From the NCBI GenBank assembly GCA_964036045.1, contig OZ038379.1:77748001-77812000 (forward strand): a stretch of 64,000 nucleotides of DNA. The letters are read 5' to 3'. The position numbers were made by a program, and so were the translations under genes. Below the pieces are notes generated by a model. It was not told the origin of the DNA. It did not search any database and saw only the letters and a program-made list of their open reading frames with translations. Source of the stretch: Eutreptiella sp. 'Long Island Sound 2002' (taxonomy: Eukaryota > Protista > Euglenida). This document shows positions 35,760-50,700 of this stretch, in pieces (the first letter of the stretch is position 1; each line of letters opens with the position of its first letter).

Positions 35760-38700
35760 ATGGACATGTACTCATCCCCATACCATTTCTTCCCATGTAG
35801 ACACATTAGGTGCAATGACAGGATGTGGCACTGCTTGTCCAAAAATTTCCCATTCAGATAATGTCCACAATGTGCATCGTCGTAATGAGTCCCAAGGGGG
35901 CCAATTGTCGTTTGATAGTTTATAGTGAGGTAAAACATCAGTATAAAATGGCAGGATGGTGTGTCAGGTACCGATTGACAACATGCCACACTTCTTGTTG
36001 GATGAACACACGCATTGTCTGGATGTACAAATGCATATCTCCAAGCCGTTTCCTTTTTTATGCCCCTGACCAAGCGACCAAGTCCCACCACTTTAGCCTC
36101 CTTCCTTTTCAAATAGTTCCAAATCTCGTCATAGCGTGTCCTGCACAATCCAAGGGTCATCTTCAAACTTGTGATAGTTACATCTAACAAACATATGGGC
36201 CATCCATGACCAGTCACAATGCAATGTAGTGGCACAAGAAAAAGCAGCATTCAACGGCATACGTGTCCACGTGTTTTCTCGACGCTTGGCCAGAGCGTTG
36301 CATATCTCGTTGTTTGTGCCTGTCACCAGGTAGAGCAGAGGATTCCACAATTTCCACAATCCTTCCTGCAAGGCACATCAAAACCGTTACAAATCTTTGT
36401 CTCCATTGCAATGAGCTATGCACCAAAGTGCATAATCAACCCACCCAATTTTTTCTTGTTTTGAGCAGCCCCGCCTTTTTGACAGCCGCGAACACGAGCT
36501 CCTTTAGGCCAACGTATGTGCCAGCCTCAATCTCGGATTCTATTATGTACAAATGTCATATACCAACAATAGGATTGAAGACAAAGACATCACCTATGAC
36601 TACCATTATTCTCGAATTACGCATGGAAGCGATCTTTGGGACGCTCGGACACAAATTTAATCCATAGACACATGCAAAAGGGCACCAAGCAGACCCAAGG
36701 TGTATCTCAATGCATAAGTCGACATTGGGGAACATTTCAAATGGAAGCAAGGCACCAAGAGCATGAAATGGACCGAACAGCAACTTTGGAAAGCTTGAAT
36801 ACACTCACTAAATGTTGTATTGCATCACTCTCACCGGGCATGTACTTATCACCATACCATTTCTTCCCATGTAGACACATTAGGTGCAACGACAGGATGT
36901 GGTAGTGCCTGTTCCAAACTTTCCCATTCAAGTAATGTCCACAATGTGCATCGTCGTAATGAGTCCCAAGGGGGCCAACTGTCGTTTGATAGTTTATAGT
37001 GAGGTACTACATCAGTATAAAATAGCAAGATGGTGTGTCGGGTACCGATTGACAACATGCCACACTTCTTGCTTGTTAGATGAACAAACGTATTGTCTGG
37101 ATGTACAAATGCATATCTCGTTTCCTTTTTTATGCCCCTAACCAAGCGACCAAGTCCCACCACTCTAGCCTCCTTCCTTTTCAAATAGTTCCAAATCTCG
37201 TCATAGCGTGTCCTGCACAATCCAAGGGTCATCTTCAAACTTGTGATAGTTACATCTAACAAACATATGGGCCATCCATGACCAGTCACAATGCAATGTA
37301 GTGGCACAAGAAAAAGCAGCATTCAACACCATACGTGTCCACGTGTTTTCTCGACACTTGGCCAGAGCGTTGGAGATCTCGTTGTTTGTGCATGTCACCA
37401 GGTAAAGCAGAGGATTCCACAATTTCCACAATCCTTCCTGCAAGGCACATCAAAACCGTTACAAATCTTTGTCTCCATTGCAATGAGCTATGCACCAAAG
37501 TGCATAATCAACCCACCCAATTTTGCTTGTTTTGAGCAGCCCCGCCTTTTTGACAGCCGCGAACACGAGCTCCTTTAGGCCAACGTATGTGCCAGCTTCA
37601 ATCTCGGATTCTATTATGTACAAATGTCATATACCAACAATAGGATTGAAGACAAAGACATCACCTATGACTACCATTATTCTCGAATTACGCATGGAAG
37701 CGATCTTTGGGTCGCTCGGACACAAATTTAATCCATAGACACATGCAAAAGGGCACCAAGCAGACCCAAGGTGTATCTCAATGCATAAGTCGACATTGGG
37801 GAACATTTCAAATGGAAGCAAGGCACCAAGAGCATGAAATGGACCGAACAGCAACTTTGGAAAGCTTGAATACACTCACTAAATGTTGTATTGCATTACT
37901 CTCACCGGGCATGTACTGATCACCATACCATTACTTCCCATGTAGACACATTAGGTGCAACGACAGGATGTGGTAGTGCCTGTTCCAAACTTTCCCATTC
38001 AAGTAATGTCCACAATGTGCATCGTCGTAATGAGTCCCAAGGGGGCCAACTGTCGTTTGATAGTTTATAGTGAGGTACTACATCAGTATAAAATAGCAAG
38101 ATGGTGTGTCGGGTACCGATTGACAACATGCCACACTTCTTGCTTGTTAGATGAACAAACGTATTGTCTGGATGTACAAATGCATATCTCCAACCCGTTT
38201 CCTTTTTTATGCCCCTAACCAAGCGACCAAGTCCCACCACTCTAGCCTCCTTCCTTTTCAAATAGTTCCAAATTTCGTCATAGCGTGTCCTGCACAATCC
38301 AAGGGTCATCTTCAAACTTGTGATAGTTACATCTAACAAACATATGGGCCATCCATGACCAGTCACAATGCAATGTAGTGGCACAAGAAAAAGCAGCATT
38401 CAACACCATACGTGTCCACGTGTTTTCTCGACACTTGGCCAGAGCGTTGGAGATCTCGTTGTTTGTGCCTGTCACCAGGTAGAACAGAGGTTTCCACAAT
38501 TTCCATACTCCTTCCTGCATGGCACATCAAAACCGTCACAAATCTTTGTCTCCATTGCAATGAGCTATGCACCAAAGTGCGTAATCAACCCACCCAATTT
38601 TGCTTGTTTTGAGCAGCCCCGCCTTTTTGACAACCACGAACACGAGCTCCTTTAGGCCAACGTACGTGCCAGCTTCAATCCCGGAGTCTATTATGTACAA

Positions 38701-41700
38701 ATGGCATATACCAACAATAGGGTTGAAGACAAAGACATCACCTATGACTACCATTATTCTCGAATTACGCATCGAAGCGATCTTTGGGACGCTCGGACAC
38801 AAATTTAATCCATAGACACATGCAAAAGGGCACCAAGCAGACCCAAGTTGTATGTCAATGCATAAGTCGACATTGGGGAACATTTCAAATGGAAGCACGG
38901 CGCCAAGAGCATGAACTAGACCGAACAGCAACTTTGGAAATCTTGAATACACTCACTAAATGTTGTATTGTATTACTCTCACCCGGCATGTACTGATCAC
39001 CACTTTGGAAATCTTGAATACACTCACTAAATGTTGTATTGCATTACTCTCACCGGGCATGTACCGATCACCATACCATTACTTCCGATGTAGACGCATT
39101 AGGTGCAATGACAGGATGTGGCAGTGCTTGTCCAAAACTAACCTTTCCCATTCGGATAATGTCCACAATGTGCATCGTCGCAATGAGTCCCAAGGGGGCC
39201 AACTGTCGTTTGATAGTTTATGGTGAGGTATTACATCAGTAAAAAATAGGAGGATGGTGTTTTCCTTTTTTATGCCCCTGACCAAGCGCCAAGACCCATC
39301 AGTCTAGCCTCCTTCCTTTCCAAACAGTTCCAAATTTGGTCATAGCGTGTCGTGCACAATCCAAGGGTCATCTTCAAACTTGTGATAGTTACATCTAATG
39401 AACATATGGGCCATCCATGACCAGTCACAATGCAATATAGCGGCACAAGAAAAAGCAGCATTCAACGGCATACCTGCACACGTGTTTTCTCGACACTTGG
39501 CCAGAGCGTTGGAGATCTCGTTGTTTGTGCCTGTCACCACGTAGAGGTTTCCACGATTTCCATACTCCTTCCTGCATGGCACATCAAAACCGTTACAAGT
39601 GTTTGTCTCCATTGCAATGAGCTATGCACCAAAGTGCATAATCAACCCACCCAATTTTGCTTGTTTTGAGCAGCCCCGCCTTTTTGCCAGCCGCGAACAC
39701 GAGCTCCTTTAGGCCAACGTACGTGCCGGCTTCAATCTCGGATTCTATTATGTACAAATGGCTTATACCAACAATAGGATTGAACACAAAAACATCACCT
39801 ATGACTACCATTATTCTCGAATCGTATCGATTGACAACATGCCACACTTCTTGCTTGTTAGATGAACAAACGTATTGTCTGGATGTACAAATGCATATCT
39901 CCAACCCGTTTCCTTTTTTATGCCCCTAACCAAGCGACCAAGTCCCACCACTCTAGCCTCCTTCCTTTTCAAATAGTTCCAAATCTCGTCATAGCGTGTC
40001 CTGCACAATCCAAGGGTCATCTTCAAACTTGTGATAGTTACATCTAACAAACATATGGGCCATCCATGACCAGTCACAATGCAATGTAGTGGCACAAGAA
40101 AAAGCAGCATTCAACACCATACGTGTCCACGTGTTTTCTCGACACTTGGCCAGAGCGTTGGAGATCTCGTTGTTTGTGCCTGTCACCAGGTAGAACAGAG
40201 GTTTCCACAATTTCCATACTCCTTCCTGCATGGCACATCAAAACCGTCACAAATCTTTGTCTCCATTGCAATGAGCTATGCACCAAAGTGCGTAATCAAC
40301 CCACCCAATTTTGCTTGTTTTGAGCAGCCCCGCCTTTTTGACAACCACGAACACGAGCTCCTTTAGGCCAACGTACGTGCCAGCTTCAATCCCGGAGTCT
40401 ATTATGTACAAATGTCATATACCAACAATAGGGTTGAAGACAAAGACATCACCTATGACTACCATTATTCTCGAATTACGCATCGAAGCGATCTTTGGGA
40501 CGCTCGGACACAAATTTAATCCATAGACACATGCAAAAGGGCACCAAGCAGACCCAAGTTGTATGTCAATGCATAAGTCGACATTGGGGAACATTTCAAA
40601 TGGAAGCACGGCGCCAAGAGCATGAACTAGACCGAACAGCAACTTTGGAAATCTTGAATACACTCACTAAATGTTGTATTGTATTACTCTCACCCGGCAT
40701 GTACTGATCACCACTTTGGAAATCTTGAATACACTCACTAAATGTTGTATTGCATTACTCTCACCGGGCATGTACCGATCACCATACCATTACTTCCGAT
40801 GTAGACGCATTAGGTGCAATGACAGGATGTGGCAGTGCTTGTCCAAAACTAACCTTTCCCATTCGGATAATGTCCACAATGTGCATCGTCGCAATGAGTC
40901 CCAAGGGGGCCAACTGTCGTTTGATAGTTTATGGTGAGGTATTACATCAGTAAAAAAAAGGAGGATGGTGTTTTCCTTTTTTATGCCCCTGACCAAGCGC
41001 CAAGACCCATCAGTCTAGCCTCCTTCCTTTCCAAACAGTTCCAAATTTGGTCATAGCGTGTCGTGCACAATCCAAGGGTCATCTTCAAACTTGTGATAGT
41101 TACATCTAATAAACATATGGGCCATCCATGACCAGTCACAATGCAATATAGCGGCACAAGAAAAAGCAGCATTCAACGGCATACCTGCACACGTGTTTTC
41201 TCGACACTTGGCCAGAGCGTTGGAGATCTCGTTGTTTGTGCCTGTCACCACGTAGAGGTTTCCACGATTTCCATACTCCTTCCTGCATGGCACATCAAAA
41301 CCGTTACAAGTGTTTGTCTCCATTGCAATGAGCTATGCACCAAAGTGCATAATCAACCCACCCAATTTTGCTTGTTTTGAGCAGCCCCGCCTTTTTGCCA
41401 GCCGCGAACACGAGCTCCTTTAGGCCAACTTACGTGCCGGCTTCAATCTCGGATTCTATTATGTACAAATGGCTTATACCAACAATAGGATTGAACACAA
41501 AGACATCACCTATGACTACCATTATTCTCGAATTACGCATCGAAGCGATCTTTGGGACGCTCGGACACAAATTTAATACATAGACACATGCAAAAGGGCA
41601 CCAAGCAAACCCAAGGTGTATCTCAATGCGTAAGTTGACAATGGGGAACATTTCCAATGGAAGCACGGCGCCAACGGCATGAAATAGACCGAACAGCAAC

Positions 41701-44700
41701 TTTGGAAATCTTGAATACACTCCCTAAATGTTGTATTGCATAACTGTCACCGGGCATGTACTGATCACCATACCATTTCTTCCGATGTAGACACATTAGG
41801 TGCAGGGACAGGATGTGGTAGTGCCTGTTCAAAACTTTCCCATTCGGATAATGTCCAGAATGTGCATCGTCGTAATGAGTCCCGAGGGGGCCAACTGTCG
41901 TTTGATAGTTTATGGTGACGTACTACATCAGTATAAAATAGCAGGATGGTGTGTCAGGTACCGATTGACAACATGCCACACTTCTTGCTTGTTGGATGAA
42001 CAAACGCATTGCCTGGATGTACAAATGCATATCTCCAACCCGTTTCCTTTTTTATGCCCCTGACCATGCGACCAAGTCCCACCACTCTAGCCTCCTTCCT
42101 TTTCAAATAGTTCCAAATTTCGTCATGGCGTGTCTTGCACAATCCAAGGGTCATCTTCAAACTTGTGATAGTTACATCTAACAGACACATGGGCCATCCA
42201 TGACAAGTCACAATGCAATGTAGTGGCACAAGAAACAGCAGCATTCAACACCATACGTGTCCACGTGTTTTCTCGACACTTGGCCGGAGCGTTGGAGATC
42301 TCGTTGTTTGTGCCTGTCACGAGGTAGAACAACGGTTTCCACAATTTCCATACTCCTTCCTGCATGGCACATCAAAACCGTTACAAGTCTTTGTCTCCAT
42401 TCTAATGAGCTATGCACCAAAGTGCATAATCAACCCACCCTTCGGTTTTTTGAGCAGCCCCGCCTTTTTGACAGCCACCAACACGACCTCCTTTAGGCCA
42501 ACGCACGTGCAAGCTTCAATCTCGGAGTCTATCATGTACAAATGTCATATACCAACAATAGGCTTGAAGACAAAGACATCACCTATGACTACCATTATTC
42601 TCGAATTACGCATGGAAGCGATCTTTGGGACGCTCGGACACAAATTTAATCCATAGACACATGCAAAAGGGCACCAAGCAGACCCAAGTTGTATGTCAAT
42701 GCATAAGTCGACATTGGGGAACATTTCAAATGGAAGCACGGTGCCAAGAGCATGAACTAGACCGAACAGCAACTTTGGGAATCTTGAATACACTCACTAC
42801 ATGTTGTATTGTATTACTCTCACCGGGCATGTACCGATCACCACTTTGGAAATCTTGAATACACTCACTAAATGTTGTATTGCATTACTCTCACCGGGCA
42901 TGTACCGATCACCATACCATTACTTCCGATGTAGACGCATTAGGTGCAATGACAGGATGTGGCAGTGCTTGTCCAAAACTAACCTTTCCCATTCGGATAA
43001 TGTCCACAATGTGCATGGTCGTAATGAGTCCCAAGGGGGCCAATTGTCGTTTGATAGTTTATAGTGAGGTACTACATCAGTATAAAATAGCAGGATGGTG
43101 TGTCAGGTATCGATTGACAACATGCCACACTTCTTGTTGGATGAACAAACGTATTGTCTGGATGTAGAAATGCATATCTCCAAGCCGTTTCCTTTTTTAT
43201 GCCCCTGACCATGCGACCAAGTCCCACCACTCTAGCCTCCTTGCTTTTCAAATACTTCCAAATTTCGTCATAGCGTGTCCTGCACAATCCAAGGGTCATC
43301 TTCAAACTTGTGATAGTTACATCTAATAGACATATGGGCCATCCATGACCAGTCACAATGCAATGTAGTGGCACAAGAAAAAGCAGCATTTGACGGCATA
43401 CCTGTCCACGTGTTTTCTCGACACTTGGCCAGAGCGTTGCATATCTCGTTGTTTGTGCCTGTCACCAGGCAGAGCAGAGGTTTCCACAATGTCCATACTC
43501 CTTCCTGCATGGCACATCAAAACCGTTACAAGTCTTTGTCTCCATTGCAATGAGCTATGCACCAAAGTGCATAATCAACCCATCCTTCGGTTTTTTTGAG
43601 CAGCCCCGCCTTTTTGACAGCCACGAACACGACCTCCTTTAGGCCAACGTACGTGCCAGCTTCAATCTCGGAGTCTATTGTGTACAAACGTCATATACCA
43701 ACAATAGGCTTGAAGACAAAGACATCACCTATGCGTCCCATTATTCTCGAATTACGCATCGAAGCGATCTTTGGGACGCTCGGACACAAATTTGATTCAT
43801 AGACACATGCAAAAGGGCACCAAGCAGACCCAAGTTGTATGTCAATGCATAAGTCGACATTGGGGAACATTTCAAATGGAAGCACGGCGCCAAGAGCATG
43901 AACTAGACCGAACAGCAACTTTGGAAATCTTGAATACACTCACTAAATGTTGTATTGTATTACTCTCACCGGGCATGTACTGATCACCACTTTGCAAATC
44001 TTGAATACACTCACTAAATGTTGTATTGCAATACTCTCACCGGGCATGTACCGATCACCATACCATTTCTTCCGATGTAGACACATTAGGTGCAATGACA
44101 CGATGTGGCAGTGCTTGTCCAAAACTAACCTTTCCCATTCTGATGATGTCCACAATGTGCATGGTCGTAATGAGTCCCAAGGGGGCCAACTGTCGTTTCA
44201 TAGTTTATAGTGAGGTACTACATCAGTATAAAATAGCAGGCAGGATGGTGTGTCAGGTATCGATTGACAACATGCCACACTTCTTGTTGGATGAACAAAT
44301 GTATTGTCTGGATGTACAAATGCATATCTCCAACCCGTTTCCTTTTTTATGCCCCTGACCAAGCGACCAAGACCCATCACTCTAGCCTCCTTCCTTTTCA
44401 AATCGTTCCAAATTTCGTCATAGTGTGTCCTGCACAATCCAAGGGTCATCTTCAAACTTGTGATGGGTACATCTAATAGACATATGGGCCATCCATGACC
44501 AGTCACAATGCAATGTAGTGGCACAAGAAAAAGCAGCATTTGACGGCATACGTGCACACGTGTTTTCTCGACACTTGGCCAGAACCTTGGAGATCTCGTT
44601 GTTTGTGCCTGTCACCGGGTAGAACAGAGGTTTCCACAATTTCCATACTCCTTCCTGCATGGCACATCAAAACCGTTACAAGTTTTTGTCTCCGTTGCAA

Positions 44701-47700
44701 TGACCTATGCACCAAAGTGCATAATAAACCCACCCAATTTTGCTTGTTTTGAGCAGCCCGCCTTTTTGACTGCCATGAACACGAGGTCCTTTAGGCCAAC
44801 GCACGCGCAAGCTTCAATCTCGGATTCTATTATGTACAAATGTCATATACCAACAATAGGGTTGGAGACAAAGACATCACCTATGAGTACCATTATTCTC
44901 GAATTACGCATCGAAGCGATCTTTGGGACGCTCGGACACAAATTTAATCCATAGACACATGCAAAAGGGCACCAAGCAGACCCAAGTTGTATGTCAATGC
45001 ATAAATCGACATTGGGGAACATTTCAAATGGAAGCACGGTGCCAAGAGCATGAACTAGACCGAACAGCAACTTTGGGAATCTTGAATACACTCACTAAAT
45101 GTTGTATTGTATTACTCTCACCGGGCATGTACTGATCACCACTTTGGAAATCTTGAATACACTCACTAAATGTTGTATTGCATTACTCTCACCGGGCATG
45201 TACCGATCACCATACCATTACTTCCGATGTAGACGCATTAGGTGCAATGACAGGATGTGGCAGTGCTTGTCCAAAACTAACCTTTCCCATTCGGATAATG
45301 TCCACAATGTGCATGGTCGTAATGAGTCCCAAGGGGGCCAATTGTCGTTTGATAGTTTATAGTGAGGTACTACATCAGTATAAAATAGCAGGATGGTGTG
45401 TCAGGTATCGATTGACAACATGCCACACTTCTTGTTGGATGAACAAACGTATTGTTTGGATGTAGAAATGCATATCTCCAAGCCGTTTCCTTTTTTATGC
45501 CCCTGACCATGCGACCAAGTCCCACCACTCTAGCCTCCTTCCTTTTCAAATACTTCCAAATTTCGTCATAGCGTGTCCTGCACAATCCAAGGGTCATCTT
45601 CAAACTTGTGATAGTTACATCTAATAGACATATGGGCCATCCATGACCAGTCACAATGCAATGTAGTGGCACAAGAAAAAGCAGCATTTGACGGCATACC
45701 TGTCCACGTGTTTTCTCGACACTTGGCAAGAGCGTTGCATATCTCGTTGTTTGTGCCTGTCACCAGGTAGAGCACAGGTTTCCACAATGTCCATACTCCT
45801 TCCTGCATGGCACATCAAAACCGTTACAAGTCTTTGTCTCCATTGCAATGAGCTATGCACCAAAGTGCATAATCAACCCATCCTTCGGTTTTTTTGAGCA
45901 GCCCCGCCTTTTTGACAGCCACGAACACGACCTCCTTTAGGCCAACGTACGTGCCAGCTTCAATCTCGGAGTCTATTATGTACAAACGTCATATACCAAC
46001 AATAGGTTTGAAGACAACGACATCACCTATGCGTCCCATTATTCTCGAATTACGCATCGAAGCGATCTTTGGGACATCCTGTCATTGCACCTAATGTGTC
46101 TACATCGGAAGAAATGGTATGGTGATCAGTACATGCCTGGTGAGAGTAATGCAATACAACATTTAGTGAGTGTATTCAAGATTTCCAAAGTTGCTGTTCG
46201 GTCTAGTTCATGCTCTTGGCGCCGTGCTTCCATTTGAAATGTTCCCCACTGTCGACTTATGCATTGACATACAACTTGGGTCTGCTTGGTGCCCTTTTGC
46301 ATGTGTCTATGGATCAAATTTGTGTCCGAGCATGTGGTAGTGCCTGTTCAAAACTTTCCCATTCAGATAATGTCCAGAATGCGCATCGTCGTAATGAGTC
46401 CCAAGGGGGCCAACTGTCGTTTGATAGTTTATAGTGAGGTACTACATCATTATAAAATAGCAAGATGGTGTGTCACGTACCCATTGACAACATGCCACAC
46501 TTCTTGCTTGTTGGATGAACAAACGTATTGTCCCGATGTAGAATTGCATATCTCCAAGCCGTTTCCTTTTTTATGCCCCTAACCAAGCGACCAAGCCCCA
46601 CCACTCTAGCCTCCTTCCTTTTCAAATAGTTCCAAATTTCGTCATGGCGTGTCTTGCACAATCCAAGGGTCATCTTCAAACTTGTGATAGTTACATCTAA
46701 TAGACATATGGGCCATCCATGACCAGTCACAATGCAATGTAGTGGCACAAGAAAAAGCAGCATTCAACGGCATACGTGCACACGTGTTTTCTCGACACTT
46801 GGCCAGAACCTTGGAGATCTCGTTGTTTGTGCCTGTCACCAGGTAGAACAGAGGTTTCCACAATTTCCATACTCCTTCCTGCATGGCACATCAAAACCGT
46901 TACAAGTTTTTGTCTCCGTTGCAATGAGCTATGCACCAAAGTGCATAATAAACCCACCCAATTTTGCTTGTTTTGAGCAGCCCGCCTTTTTGACAGCCAT
47001 GAACACGAGGTCCTTTAGGCCAACGCACGCGCAAGCTTCAATCTCGGATTCTATTTTGTACAAATGTCATATACCAACAATAGGGTTGGAGACAAAGACA
47101 TCACCTATGAGTACCATTATTCTTGAATTACGCATCGAAGCGATCTTTGGGACGCTCGGACACAAATTTAATCCATAGACACATGCAAAAGGGCACCAAG
47201 CAGACCCAAGTTGTATGTCAATGCATAAATCGACATTGGGGAACATTTCAAATGGAAGCACGGCACCAAGAGCATGAACTAGACCGAAAAGCAACTTTGG
47301 GAATCTTGAATACACTCACTGAATGTTGTATTGTATTACTCTCACCGGGCATGTACTGATCACCACTTTGGAAATCTTGAATACACTCACTAAATGTTGT
47401 ATTGCATTACTCTCACCGGGCATGTACCGATCACCATACCATTACTTCCGATGTAGACGCATTAGGTGCAATGACAGGATGTGGCAGTGCTTGTCCAAAA
47501 CTAACCTTTCCCATTCGGATAATGTCCACAATGTGCATGGTCGTAATGAGTCCCAAGGGGGCCAATTGTCGTTTGATAGTTTATAGTGAGGTACTACATC
47601 GGTATAAAATAGCAGGATGGTGTGTCAGGTATCGATTGACAACATGCCACACTTCTTGTTGGATGAACAAACGTATTGTTTGGATGTAGAAATGCATATC

Positions 47701-50700
47701 TCCAAGCCGTTTCCTTTTTTATGCCCCTGACCATGCGACCAAGTCCCACCACTCTAGCCTCCTTCCTTTTTAAATACTTCCAAATTTCGTCATAGCGTGT
47801 CCTGCACAATCCAAGGGTCATCTTCAAACTTGTGATAGTTACATCTAATAGACATATGGGCTATCCATGACCAGTCACAATGCAATGTAGTGGCACAAGA
47901 AAAAGCAGCATTTGACGGCATACCTGTCCACGTGTTTTCTCGACACTTGGCCAGAGCGTTGCATATCTCGTTGTTTGTGCCTGTCACCAGGTAGAGCAGA
48001 GGTTTCCACAATTTCCATACTCCTTCCTGCATGGCACATCAAAACCGTTACAAGTCTTTGTCTCCATTGCAATGAGCTTTGCACCAAAGTGCATAATCAA
48101 CCCATCCTTCGGTTTTTTTGAGCAGCCCCGCCTTTTTGACAGCCACGAACACGACCTCCTTTAGGCCAACGTACCTGCCAGCTTCAATCTCGGAGTCTAT
48201 TATGTACAAACGTCATATACCAACAATAGGCTTGAAGACAAAGACATCACCTATGCGTCCCATTATTCTCGAATTACGCATCGAAGCGATCTTTGGGACG
48301 CTCGGACACAAATTTAATCCATAGACACATGCAAAAGGGCACCAAGCAGACCCAAGTTGTATGTCAATGCATAAGTCGACATTGGGGAACATTTCAAATG
48401 GAAGCACGGCGCCAAGAGCATGAACTAGACCGAACAGCAACTTTGGAAATCTTGAATACACTCACTAAATGTGGTATTGTATTACTCTCACCGGGCATGT
48501 ACTGATCACCACTTTGCAAATCTTGAATACACTCACTAAATGTTGTATTGCAATACTCTCACCGGGCATGTACCGATCACCATACCATTTCTTCCGATGT
48601 AGACACATTAGGTGCAACGACAGGATGTGGCAGTGATTGTCCAAAACTAACCTTTCCCATTCTGATGATGTCCACAATGTGCATGGTCGTAATGAGTCCC
48701 AAGGGGGCCAACTGTCGTTTGATAGTTTATAGTGAGGTACTACATCAGTATAAAATAGCAGGCAGGATGGTGTGTCAGGTATCGATTGACAACATGCCAC
48801 ACTTCTTGTTGGATGAACAAACGTATTGTCTGGATGTACAAATGCATATCTCCAACCCGTTTCCTTTTTTATGCCCCTGACCAAGCGACCAAGACCCATC
48901 ACTCTAGCCTCCTTCCTTTTCAAATCGTTCCAAATTTCGTCCTAGTGTGTCCTGCACAATCCAAGGGTCATCTTCAAACTTGTGATAGGTACATCTAATA
49001 GACATATGGGCCATCCATGACCAGTCACAATGCAATGTAGTGGCACAAGAAAAAGCAGCATTCAACGGCATACGTGCACACGTGTTTTCTCGACACTTGG
49101 CCAGAACCTTGGAGATCTCGTTGTTTGTGCCTGTCACCAGGTAGAACAGAGGTTTCCACAATTTCCATACTCCTTCCTGCATGGCACATCAAAACCGTTA
49201 CAAGTTTTTGTCTCCGTTGCAATGAGCTATGCACCAAAGTGCATAATAAACCCACCCAATTTTGCTTGTTTTGAGCAGCCCGCCTTTTTGACAGCCATGA
49301 ACACGAGGTCCTTTAGGCCAACGCACGCGCAAGCTTCAATCTCGGATTCTATTATGTACAAATGTCATATACCAACAATAGGGTTGGAGACAAAGACATC
49401 ACCTATGAGTACCATTATTCTCGAATTACGCATCGAAGCGATCTTTGGGACGCTCGGACACAAATTTAATCCATAGACACATGCAAAAGGGCACCAAGCA
49501 GACCCAAGTTGTATGTCAATGCATAAATCGACATTGGGGAACATTTCAAATGGAAGCACGGTGCCAAGACCATGAACTAGACCGAACAGCAACTTTGGGA
49601 ATCTTGAATACACTCACTAAATGTTGTATTGTATTACTCTCACCGGGCATGTACTGATCACCACTTTGGAAATCTTGAATACACTCACTAAATGTTGTAT
49701 TGCATTACTCTCACCGGGCATGTACCGATCACCATACCATTACTTCCGATGTAGACGCATTAGGTGCAATGACAGGATGTGGCAGTGCTTGTCCAAAACT
49801 AACCTTTCCCATTCGGATAATGTCCACAATGTGCATGGTCGTAATGAGTCCCAAGGGGGCCAATTGTCGTTTGATAGTTTATAGTGAGGTACTACATCAG
49901 TATAAAATAGCAGGATGTTGTGTCAGGTATCGATTGACAACATGCCACACTTCTTGTTGGATGAACAAACGTATTGTCTGGATGTAGAAATGCATATCTC
50001 CAAGCCGTTTCCTTTTTTATGCCCCTGACCATGCGACCAAGTCCCACCACTCTAGCCTCCTTCCTTTTCAAATACTTCCAAATTTCGTCATAGCGTGTCC
50101 TGCACAATCCAAGGGTCATCTTCAAACTTGTGATAGTTACATCTAATAGACATATGGGGCATCCATGACTAGTCACAATGCAATGTAGTGGCACAAGAAA
50201 AAGAAGCATTCGACGGCATACCTGTCCACGTGTTTTCTCGACACTTGGCCAGAGCGTTGCATATCTCGTTGTTTGTGCCTGTCACCAGGTAGAACAGAGG
50301 TTTCCACAATTTCCATACTCCTTCCTGCATGGCACATCAAAACCGTTACAAGTTTTTGTCTCCGTTGCAATGAGCTATGCACCAAAGTGCATAATCAACC
50401 GACCCAATTTTGCTTGTTTTGAGCAGCCCGCCTTTTTGACAGCCATGAACACGAGGTCCTTTAGGCCAACGCACGCGCAAGCTTCAATCTCGGATTCTAT
50501 TATGTACAAATGTCATATACCAACAATAGGGTTGGAGACAAAGACATCACCTATGACTACCATTATCCTCGAATTACGCATCGAAGCGATCTTTGGGACG
50601 CTCGGACACAAATTTAATCCATAGACACATGCAAAAGGGCACCAAGCAGACCCAAGTTGTATGTCAATGCATAAATCGACATTGGGGAACATTTCAAATG

